From an uncultured bacterium (GTDB taxonomy: Bacteria; Fidelibacterota; Marinisomatia; Marinisomatales; TCS56), in contig CAYTPW010000009.1 in NCBI GenBank assembly GCA_964439935.1, forward strand, positions 1,623 to 65,622: a stretch of DNA of 64,000 nt. The letters run 5' to 3'. The notes under the pieces were generated by a model, which saw only the letters and a program-made list of their open reading frames with translations, ran no database searches and was not told the origin of the DNA. Below, piece by piece: positions 56,169-64,000 of the stretch (its first letter is position 1; each line of letters opens with the position of its first letter). A program made the position numbers and the translations under genes.

Positions 56169-57326
56169 ATGGCAACCATTAGAGAAGTATTCGAAATATT
56201 ATTCCAAGTGTTTAAATATCCTGTGATAAACAGTGCTGCTCTACAGATTGAACTGGGGCAACTGATCCTGGGAGTATTTATCTTTCTGGTTGGTCTGAAA
56301 TTGATACGATTTTTAATTAACAGGTTGTTCTCACCCTATTTCTATAAGGGAATAAAAGATACTGAAACCAGAAGTTGGCTAAACGGTTTTACTACATTCC
56401 TGTTGATTATTGTTCTCAGCATCATTTCGTTGACGATAATTGGTTTCCCCTTTTCAATTTTCGGACAGGTCTGGCATCTAACTTTATTCACTATTAAAGA
56501 TAATTCCGTTAATATCGGCAATATTATACTGGGATTAATTTTACTATACCCCGGCATCAGAATTTCAAGATATTTCTCCGGTGAATTTCAGTCCCTGGTT
56601 CTGAAAAGGCTGCGCTTAGACTCGGGTACAAAAAAGTCGCTAGAAGCTTTCTTCCGTTACATATTATTCGCAATTGTCATATTATTTGTACTGACGATTG
56701 TCGGAATTCCCTTAACTGCATTCACATTGTTGGGCGGTGCTTTTGCGATTGGCATTGGCCTTGGAAGTCAAAACCTCGTCAATAATTTCCTTTCCGGTAT
56801 TGTATTAATGACCGAACGACCGTTGAAAATCGGTGATATTGTGGAATTAGAGAACAGGCGGGGAATTGTCGAACATATCGGGGGAAGATCAACCCGGATA
56901 AAAACATTCGAAAATGTTCGAATGGTGATTCCGAATAGCAAATTACTGGAAAATACGGTTATTAACTGGTCCCTCATCGACAGTGATCTAAGGCGCGAAG
57001 TTTCAGTTGGAGTGGCCTACGGTTCACCAGCCAGTACTGTTGGTAACATTCTGAAGCAGGCAGTCAGTGATATTCCGGACATAAAGCAATCACCGGAACC
57101 GGTAATTCTATTCGATAATTTCGGCGATGATGCACTGATATTCAGAATTTTATATTGGGTAGAGATCAGTAACACCCTGAATCCATTCGTAATTGACAGC
57201 GATCTAAGATATAAAATATATGAAATGCTAAACGCCGAGAATATAACTATTGCGTTTCCACAACGTGATATCCACCTGGACACGACAAGCCCTCTTGAAG
57301 TGTCGATGGTAAAACCTGCTGACTGA
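56169..57326 (+). CDS. Mechanosensitive ion channel, MscS family
   Basis: 385 aa with several N-terminal TM helices and the MscS core FLSGIVLMTERPLKIGDIVEL...GIVEHIGGRSTRIKTFEN. Confidence 0.88.
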   Translation: MATIREVFEILFQVFKYPVINSAALQIELGQLILGVFIFLVGLKLIRFLINRLFSPYFYKGIKDTETRSWLNGFTTFLLIIVLSIISLTIIGFPFSIFGQVWHLTLFTIKDNSVNIGNIILGLILLYPGIRISRYFSGEFQSLVLKRLRLDSGTKKSLEAFFRYILFAIVILFVLTIVGIPLTAFTLLGGAFAIGIGLGSQNLVNNFLSGIVLMTERPLKIGDIVELENRRGIVEHIGGRSTRIKTFENVRMVIPNSKLLENTVINWSLIDSDLRREVSVGVAYGSPASTVGNILKQAVSDIPDIKQSPEPVILFDNFGDDALIFRILYWVEISNTLNPFVIDSDLRYKIYEMLNAENITIAFPQRDIHLDTTSPLEVSMVKPAD

Positions 57327-57344
57327 GAATAATACTATGATAAA

Positions 57345-57364
57345 GGGGGTCCGTTAGCACCCCC
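57345..57364. terminator. GC hairpin between convergent mscS-family gene and nagB
   Basis: GGGGGT-ccgttagc-ACCCCC, flanked by A/T-rich sequence on both sides. Confidence 0.5.
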
Positions 57365-57385
57365 CGATCCAATTAATTAGGACAA

Positions 57386-58192
57386 TTATAACTCACATGG
57401 ATCTAAATTATCTTTTTCAATATCGCGGAAATACCTGACAGTTTCCATTTTCAATTCGGCTGTAGCATCAATATCGCCAACGATCATCGATTTAGGATGG
57501 AGCTGCAGTGCAGATGCTGTCCACATATGGTTAACGCCTTCTTCAATGATTTTATGCAGGGCGCGAGCTTTTCCATGACCACTGACGATCAGAATGACCT
57601 CCTCCGCATCGGTAACGGTGGCTACACCGACAGTTAAAGCCAGTTTGGGGACTTGATCGACATCATTGTTAAAGAACCGGGAGTTGGCGATTCTGGTGTC
57701 ATAAGTCAGTGTTTTAATCCTCGTCCGGGAATGGAGCGATGATCCGGGCTCATTGAAGGCAATATGACCATCGGGACCGATTCCCCCCAGAAATAGCTTA
57801 ATCCCACCACGGGCAGCAATCTTTTCTTCGAAACGCTGACATTCTTTTTCCAGGTCTTCGGCGTTACCGTCCAGTATATTGATATTCTCCAACGGCATGC
57901 CGATATGCTCAAATAAATTTTTCCGCATAAATGAATGGTAGCTTTCCGGGTGCCCATGCTCTATACCGACATATTCATCCATATTGAAAGTGACGACATT
58001 GTTAAAAGACACCTTTCCGGCTTTTACCAGTTTCACCAATTCTTTATAGGTTCCCACCGGTGATGAGCCGGTCGGCAAACCGAGCACAAATGGATTATCA
58101 GGTGTAGGATTGAAATCATTAATTGATTTTGCGATATAGTTTGCTACCCATTTACTAAGCGTGTTATAACTGTTTTGAATGATCAAACGCAT
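57386..58192 (-). CDS. nagB: Glucosamine-6-phosphate deaminase
   Basis: 268 aa, [17 protein letters not shown] and [16 protein letters not shown] motifs. Confidence 0.95.
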   Translation of the reverse strand: MRLIIQNSYNTLSKWVANYIAKSINDFNPTPDNPFVLGLPTGSSPVGTYKELVKLVKAGKVSFNNVVTFNMDEYVGIEHGHPESYHSFMRKNLFEHIGMPLENINILDGNAEDLEKECQRFEEKIAARGGIKLFLGGIGPDGHIAFNEPGSSLHSRTRIKTLTYDTRIANSRFFNNDVDQVPKLALTVGVATVTDAEEVILIVSGHGKARALHKIIEEGVNHMWTASALQLHPKSMIVGDIDATAELKMETVRYFRDIEKDNLDPCEL

Positions 58193-58212
58193 CTTAAACT
58201 CCGATCTTTTCC

Positions 58213-60222
58213 TTATATCCGGTCAATGATTCCCTGAGCACTGGCATATTTTTCTTCGACCTCATAACCCATTGCTTCCAATTGCTGGATAAATGTGTTG
58301 TTGGAATAATCTCCGCGGACCGCAGTAAAATCTTCATCCTGATTGCCATCAATACCGTATCCGATCCGGACATTACCTTCAAATTCTTTTTTAGAGTCAT
58401 TGGCCACCAGATTCAGATATTTCCGAGACGCCTTAAGCCAGAATTCCAGCATCTTTTTCAAATCTTCTTTGGTGGCCTCCGACAATTTCTTTCCCTGCTG
58501 TTTCGCATATACAGCCAGAAACCAGTTCCATTCATCAGTGCGATAGGCCGCATGAATTGCTTCAAATCCTTCCTGCAGTTGATCGAAATCAGCGATCTGC
58601 CCTGTTTCTATCGCAGTGAGCATTCGTTCCAGACGACTCTGGCGACAAAGCAGGCCATTTACATCGATCCATTCACCCTGCCCCTTTTCTCCGTCGGGGT
58701 TCGGCCGGCCGATTGATTCCGATGTTGCCTGATCGCCCAGTTCCTCGAGCCGACAGATCAATAAATCACCAAAATACATATCCAAAGCCATTTGATAATA
58801 ACGCCCGCAGGTTTTCAGCAGCAGGCGTTTGATGTGTATACCGTTATTGATGATCGAATCCTGACCCTTCACAGTTTTAGCATATAGTTCAGCCATGGCC
58901 TGCTGACCACGGAGCATCTTTTGGGCAGTATAAGGCGATAATACATCAAAAATGATCAGATCAAGCTTATCAGCGTTTTTACGCCGGTCACGTTTGGGCC
59001 ATTTCAGGCCATCGCGGAGGGTTCCAACCGTAAAATAATTCATACCTGGAATCAGGTAGGAATTCCCATCGATGATATCCAGATACGAGAATGGAAAATC
59101 GCTGGTATCAAAATTAGCGTAATGCTTTCCCATTATCGCGGAGAATGCTCCGACCTTTGCTGGCCACAATAAATAGGAGCCGGATCCGGTCTTGCAGCCC
59201 CGCTCCAAAATACCTTGATGAACCGGACCAAGCTTGTACATATGGTTGGATTGGTTGGTGGCGCTGCCAGCGTTGTAAAAAGAAAACAGGCCGGCAATCA
59301 GTAAAGTCGAACGATGATGGGTTACGGTATAGGGTCCACCCATTATAGAACAGACCTCCGAGTGAAAACCTTCACAGTTGGCAAATAAGGCGCTGTTCTC
59401 AGCTGAAAACTGTTTACCGATTTTGGCGCCTTCTCCGATCAAGCAGGAAGATAACATTGCCATATCGGTAACGGTGGCACCAGACTGGATGATAAAATTT
59501 TCAGCGATTACACCCTGACCGACATAACTATTGTGATCCGGCGAAGATACTACCGTTCCATTTTCCAATGATTGTACTCCGTCAAGAAAAGCACCATCGC
59601 CAACTAAAACATTACGAAGAGTTCCGCAATTCAGAATACGAACCTGATCACCGATTGCCGCCCAATCAGTCCGCAGTTTGTCGGCATATTTTCCAGCTAT
59701 TTCATCCAGCCGTTGGATCAGTTCGCTGCGCTGGCGATATTGGGTGTTCAGATACGCTGACTGAGCGCTGGTCCGGGCCGTAATTTTGATTTCCCTGCCA
59801 CCACCTTCGTTGATAACCTCAATCGAATGACCATTTCCAAATGCAGATTCACCATCACAGCTCACAGATCCGACATTTTCAATAATCACCGATCTGCCGA
59901 TAGTCAGATTAGATAACCAGCCTTTAACATTGGAAATATGGCAATTATCACCGATGTCTACATTATTAAACCGGCTGTTTAACAGTGCGGCCTGGCGCTG
60001 GATGCCGTCAAACACTTTTAAGTCCGCATCCAGTTGTCCGATTGACATACTACCCTGGAATTCACAGTTTATGACACGATCCAGTTTGGTTTTATCTGTG
60101 ATCAATATTCGATCCCAGTCAGCGGACCGGCAACCATTGCCCTTGAGAATCGCAATCTCGGCAGTGGTTAGCTGTCGATAATCCGGCTTCATAGCATAGC
60201 CTTCATTTGGTGATTTCCACAT
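58213..60222 (-). CDS. Uncharacterized beta-helix-like protein (tentatively DUF4954-like)
   Basis: 669 aa. The N-terminus [27 protein letters not shown] is followed by short V/I/L-G/N periodic repeats suggesting a left-handed beta-helix and a helical C-terminus. The DUF4954 assignment is from memory and unverified. An alternative start lies at 60192. Confidence 0.6.
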   Translation of the reverse strand: MWKSPNEGYAMKPDYRQLTTAEIAILKGNGCRSADWDRILITDKTKLDRVINCEFQGSMSIGQLDADLKVFDGIQRQAALLNSRFNNVDIGDNCHISNVKGWLSNLTIGRSVIIENVGSVSCDGESAFGNGHSIEVINEGGGREIKITARTSAQSAYLNTQYRQRSELIQRLDEIAGKYADKLRTDWAAIGDQVRILNCGTLRNVLVGDGAFLDGVQSLENGTVVSSPDHNSYVGQGVIAENFIIQSGATVTDMAMLSSCLIGEGAKIGKQFSAENSALFANCEGFHSEVCSIMGGPYTVTHHRSTLLIAGLFSFYNAGSATNQSNHMYKLGPVHQGILERGCKTGSGSYLLWPAKVGAFSAIMGKHYANFDTSDFPFSYLDIIDGNSYLIPGMNYFTVGTLRDGLKWPKRDRRKNADKLDLIIFDVLSPYTAQKMLRGQQAMAELYAKTVKGQDSIINNGIHIKRLLLKTCGRYYQMALDMYFGDLLICRLEELGDQATSESIGRPNPDGEKGQGEWIDVNGLLCRQSRLERMLTAIETGQIADFDQLQEGFEAIHAAYRTDEWNWFLAVYAKQQGKKLSEATKEDLKKMLEFWLKASRKYLNLVANDSKKEFEGNVRIGYGIDGNQDEDFTAVRGDYSNNTFIQQLEAMGYEVEEKYASAQGIIDRI

Positions 60223-60970
60223 TCAGTTTATATTTATCACCCCGGTAAATGCCTTCAAGGTATTCAATGGGTCGATTTGCCGCTGAATAGGTAGTCCCTT
60301 TGACAAACAGAATCGGGCTACCCGTCTTGATACTCAACAGTTTAGCGGTTGTATTCTTAGCCAGCGCCGGTTCGATAATATGCTCTGCCCGAGAAAGATG
60401 AATAGCACATTCTTTTTCAATAAAACCATAAATGGAAATGATTTCGTCCAGGCCTTTTTCTAATATTTTTTCACCAACCAAATGCGTTAGAAACGAAGTT
60501 TCCAGGCAATATGGTGTATCCTCCAGGTAACGCAGACGCCGAACCATGACGATTGGATGTTCATTAGTTTGATTCAACCCCTGGAAAGCATATTCCCATT
60601 TTTTCTGGGATCGGGTAATTGTTTGAATTTTTAGAATTTGTGAATGAGTTGAATAACCCATTTTATGCATTACTGCTGAAAACCCCTCCAGCTTAATCAG
60701 CATCTGGGTGGTTGGCAATTCATTAACAAACGTACCTTCCCCACGTTTGATGTGTATATAGCCTTCTTTAACCAATTCACGGATCGCCTGCCGAACCGTC
60801 ATTCTACTGATATTGAATGCGGTTGATATTTGATTCTCACTGGGAATGCGCTGATTTGGTAAAAGTTTTTTATCCTTAATCAATCCGATCAGTATATCCC
60901 TGACCTGGATATAGATTGGCGTATGAGTATTTTTGTCCACATAATAATCTGCGAGCAGTTTCAACATCAT
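60203..60970 (-). CDS. GntR-family transcriptional regulator, HutC/NagR-like (wHTH plus UTRA)
   Basis: 255 aa, PSENQISTAFNISRMTVRQAIRELVKEGYIHIKRGEGTFV, then an effector domain of UTRA length. Confidence 0.88.
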   Translation of the reverse strand: MMLKLLADYYVDKNTHTPIYIQVRDILIGLIKDKKLLPNQRIPSENQISTAFNISRMTVRQAIRELVKEGYIHIKRGEGTFVNELPTTQMLIKLEGFSAVMHKMGYSTHSQILKIQTITRSQKKWEYAFQGLNQTNEHPIVMVRRLRYLEDTPYCLETSFLTHLVGEKILEKGLDEIISIYGFIEKECAIHLSRAEHIIEPALAKNTTAKLLSIKTGSPILFVKGTTYSAANRPIEYLEGIYRGDKYKLNVEITK

Positions 60971-61019
60971 TTACCCCTTGCCCAAAGCCCAAACATTTGC
61001 TATCGAAACTAGGTTCAGC

Positions 61020-61262
61020 TCAATTCCCAGCTATTACATTTTCGATGAATTCATTGGCATCGCTGACATTGGTGATCGCCAGGGCTGCATCCTCATCCAT
61101 CTCAATATTAAATTCTTCTTCAAATGCTGCTACCAGCTCGATCGACTGAATTGATTCGGCACCTAGATCTTCAACAAACCGGGCCTGGTCGCTGATCTGT
61201 TCAATATTAATCCCCAGAAGATCAGCTGTTACTTGCTTGATTCTTCCAATTGTATCCGACAT
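61020..61262 (-). CDS. Acyl carrier protein-like (stand-alone)
   Basis: 80 aa. FVEDLGAESIQSIELVAAFEEEFNIEM matches the ACP helix II region with the Ser attachment site; the context is AES rather than the canonical DSL. Confidence 0.75.
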   Translation of the reverse strand: MSDTIGRIKQVTADLLGINIEQISDQARFVEDLGAESIQSIELVAAFEEEFNIEMDEDAALAITNVSDANEFIENVIAGN

Positions 61263-61433
61263 AAATTCCTCACTTAATTAATTATAGAAGATTGCTGTTT
61301 TAAAATATCGAGTTGATAGATATCCTCAGCAATCGCGGTTACCAGCAATTTGTCTGGCTTGCTGAAAAGTGACGGCGAAATAAAGTGCTTGATAAGGTTC
61401 ATTGGTTTTACGTGTAGTCATATCGATGTTAAC

Positions 61434-61445
61434 TTGTCTATACAA
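61434..61445. promoter_or_regulatory. Candidate GntR/HutC-type operator
   Basis: TTGTCTATACAA contains the GT-n-TA-n-AC core typical of HutC/DasR/NagR operators. It is an imperfect palindrome (10 of 12) lying 172 nt upstream of the ACP start. Confidence 0.3.
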
Positions 61446-61538
61446 CTTATGCAAGAAAAAAAATAGATCCTAAATGGAGATGGTCGATAATGTTTTAAAT
61501 AGAATTGTTGAGACGAATATTCTAAACCGGATGGCAGC

Positions 61539-63860
61539 TCAGCTAATCTGACCTTCCATGGATTTCTCCAGGTTGCGAGCCATCTTTATAAAGTCTGCTA
61601 CCGACAGATCCTTCAGGAAGATTAATCCGTGTGCCGAACGTAGCCTGGGATGTTCATTCTGATACCAGAAATCCTTGCCCTGCAATAACTGCAACTGCTG
61701 GTGTTGTTCGACCCAGATCCGCTGGGCCAGATCGCTGAATGGTCCATCATATTCATGACTGGGGAATGATGCTTCTTTTTGGCTTAAGTAACTTTCCATG
61801 AACATTGATTGAAAAACAGCCAGTGAATTGATGGAAACAGGAATGATAATATCAGCCTCGGCCGGATTGAAACGATACCATACATTTCGGTAACCCCAGA
61901 TTCGTACCTGGGACAGATCTTTTTCCTTTTGCCATTCCCGCACTGCTTCTGCGATTGCCTGCAGCACTTTGTAGTGTGTATCCGGACCGCTTCCCTCCGG
62001 ATCCAGGGCTAATGTGATCACGGTAGGATCAAGCTGACGCAATTGATCCAGAATCGGTGGAATATCACGCTTTCGATCAGGTTGCTCTGTGAATACATCA
62101 CCGGTATAAAAACCTAGACGTAAATGGCTGACATCCCGGACCCTGACTCCAAGGTGCGCCCAGACCAATTCTTCTTCAAATTCCCTGATCATCCCTTTCA
62201 ATAATTGAATTGGCGGAGGATTTTTTTCGCCATCGTAACAACCTTCCAGATAAGTAACAATATCGCGAATTTTTACACTCAACTCTGATTTGGATTCAAC
62301 CGAATATATCTCTATCAGCGCTCGTACCACTCGATGGCACAATCCCCGTTTCTGGCCGGCAATATTTTTGGCTGCTATCTTATCCAAATAATGGTAGACA
62401 TCCTTATCACGCTTAAACTTAAAACCACCGTCAAAAAAATCAGGATAATCAGTCATCTGGATCTGCCCAGCATCGAGTAATCTACCGGTTTCAGCCAAGA
62501 TCGAGATGACATAGGCATTGGTGACCGAAGTGAATCCAGAGGTCAGTACTGAAAAATGATGACGGTTGAGTGGTGTCCGTGCCAGGTGCAGTATTTGAGG
62601 CGTATAACCCAGCATAATATCATCGTGGTGGGGTCCGGTGTGATAAAATATCTGGTCAACCGGCAGATCCAATCCCCGCTCCATTTTGCCGGTCAAATCT
62701 GCCAATACACCAGCAACAGTGTCTTCATCAATTGCTGGAATTTTACTGCAATATCGATCGGCCCGCAGATCTTCAACTGTGATGTTCTGGCCAAATTTCT
62801 GCAATTGATTCACCAGATTAATCACAGCCCGGTCAGTTTTTTCCTGATCCCAATCACCGGTAAAAAAATATTCATCCACACTATCTTTCAGAGCAGCAGC
62901 AGCACTGCGCGTCAAGTAAAATCGACTGTTGGGAAGGTTTTGTAAAACTGTCGCCGGATAATGATTATCCCGTTGGCTCTCCAGAGATTTTTTAACGATT
63001 GACGCTTTCGCTTCTCCAGCGGCAATGATTATTGCAGTTGCTTCAGGATTATAAGTTATAGTCGACAATCCAATCGTAATCACCAACCGGTTACGGGAGA
63101 TTTCAATCCCGCCCAAGTCACCTGCGGCGGCCGCCTGGGTTTCGAAATTTGTCTCCATCAAACGGGTGGTAGAATTGTGATCAGAGCCACGTACATTGAA
63201 AGCTATATGACCATCGGGACCGATTCCGCCCAGGAAAAATCCGATTCCGCCTTTTGCCCGGATCTGTTCCTCGTATTCAGTGCACCACTGATCAATCAAA
63301 AAGATGGTTTGCTGGCGGTCCTGATCAGGATCGGTCTGACAATCGCAATAACGGAGGGATAAATCCACTTTATTGTCGGGGAAAATCGCCACGACCGGCA
63401 AATTTTGGTAGGTGGGAATCGTAGTGCAGTCAATCAGTTGCGCCCGAGATTCGTCCAGGCCAAAGTCCTTTATATAATATTTTTTCACATAATAATAGAA
63501 GCTGTTGTGCTGCTGTGAATCAATGGGAAAAAATTCATCAATCTGGACAAATTGTAGTCCACGAAAATCGGGTTTTTGATTGATATCCAATCCATTATCG
63601 CGGCGCAGTTCAACCAATTTTTTATCATTCCAGTTGTTAATAAAATGATAAACCCATTTTATAAAATATTCCGGTGTCTTGCCTGTTGGCAGACTGATCA
63701 CGCCTTCGGGATTTTCATTAACCCATTCCAGAAAACGCAAAGCGGTGAAAAAACCAAGTTTGGGAAAATTATCGACTAATATATATGGTACCCTGGTTGT
63801 GGGCTCGGACCGTTGTGATTTCTGGAAGAAAACCTGTTCAACTGGCGATAAGTTAATCAT
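61539..63860 (-). CDS. Fusion protein: NagB-like glucosamine-6-phosphate deaminase/isomerase domain plus PIG-L/LmbE-type deacetylase domain
   Basis: 773 aa. The N-terminal half has LPTGKTPE, IDEF and [16 protein letters not shown]. The C-terminal half has the HTGPHHDDIMLGY (xHxDD) LmbE/PIG-L metal motif. Confidence 0.8.
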   Translation of the reverse strand: MINLSPVEQVFFQKSQRSEPTTRVPYILVDNFPKLGFFTALRFLEWVNENPEGVISLPTGKTPEYFIKWVYHFINNWNDKKLVELRRDNGLDINQKPDFRGLQFVQIDEFFPIDSQQHNSFYYYVKKYYIKDFGLDESRAQLIDCTTIPTYQNLPVVAIFPDNKVDLSLRYCDCQTDPDQDRQQTIFLIDQWCTEYEEQIRAKGGIGFFLGGIGPDGHIAFNVRGSDHNSTTRLMETNFETQAAAAGDLGGIEISRNRLVITIGLSTITYNPEATAIIIAAGEAKASIVKKSLESQRDNHYPATVLQNLPNSRFYLTRSAAAALKDSVDEYFFTGDWDQEKTDRAVINLVNQLQKFGQNITVEDLRADRYCSKIPAIDEDTVAGVLADLTGKMERGLDLPVDQIFYHTGPHHDDIMLGYTPQILHLARTPLNRHHFSVLTSGFTSVTNAYVISILAETGRLLDAGQIQMTDYPDFFDGGFKFKRDKDVYHYLDKIAAKNIAGQKRGLCHRVVRALIEIYSVESKSELSVKIRDIVTYLEGCYDGEKNPPPIQLLKGMIREFEEELVWAHLGVRVRDVSHLRLGFYTGDVFTEQPDRKRDIPPILDQLRQLDPTVITLALDPEGSGPDTHYKVLQAIAEAVREWQKEKDLSQVRIWGYRNVWYRFNPAEADIIIPVSINSLAVFQSMFMESYLSQKEASFPSHEYDGPFSDLAQRIWVEQHQQLQLLQGKDFWYQNEHPRLRSAHGLIFLKDLSVADFIKMARNLEKSMEGQIS

Positions 63861-64000
63861 TTTTATCTCTTTCTATCTAAAACAGCTGATGATACTCAAA
63901 CTATTCGGTAATAAACAGCACTAAAAATTAAACTGAAATCATTATCAGATTCACTATTCCAATAAATTAGCAGGTTCCTCTTCCCTGCTGAAAACCTTAC

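Overview
A 64 kb chromosomal segment of a moderate-GC bacterium, gene-dense and mostly on the minus strand. Two secreted enzymes end in NYPNPFNP/YPNPTN-type T9SS C-terminal sorting domains, which points to the FCB superphylum or a related candidate phylum; this is an inference, not proof. I support about 57 CDS, 3 tRNAs and 1 long SRP RNA.

Layout:
- 1-13.2 kb: partial ald, then rimP-nusA-infB-rbfA-truB-ribF-rpsO-pnp, tRNA-Arg, gpsA and an acyl-CoA ligase.
- 13.3-16.1 kb: tRNA-Leu followed by an AT-rich stretch with three orphan genes.
- 16.1-18.7 kb: four uncharacterized envelope genes downstream of lepB.
- 19.7-35.9 kb: rnhB-yraN fusion, comEC, alanine symporter, IMPase, pepE, a degenerate PurL-like gene, recX-recA-thpR-cinA-pgpA-pgsA-recR-ybaB-dnaX, SRP RNA and tRNA-Ala.
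- 36.2-42.8 kb: a co-directional block of six uncharacterized envelope genes.
- 42.9-45.8 kb: a YdiJ-like FAD/Fe-S oxidoreductase.
- 46.1-63.9 kb: a peptidoglycan and amino-sugar salvage locus.

Main points for a second look:
- An Rdx/SelW-like selenoprotein gene (37801-38022, minus) with an in-frame UGA and a SECIS-like hairpin. The ORF track misses it.
- It sits in the 36.2-42.8 kb block with two tandem paralogs of unusual architecture: signal peptide, FecR domain, Pro/acidic linker, then a putative outer-membrane barrel carrying TSP3-like Ca-binding repeats.
- A small acidic coiled-coil protein in that block has a paralog in the 16.1-18.7 kb envelope operon.
- The salvage locus has T9SS-secreted M14 and GH18 enzymes, NamZ, PBP4, LdcA, SpmAB and an embedded lysA.

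No CRISPR array, integrase, transposase or recognizable defence gene was seen. All homology calls come from motif recognition by eye; no database search was run.
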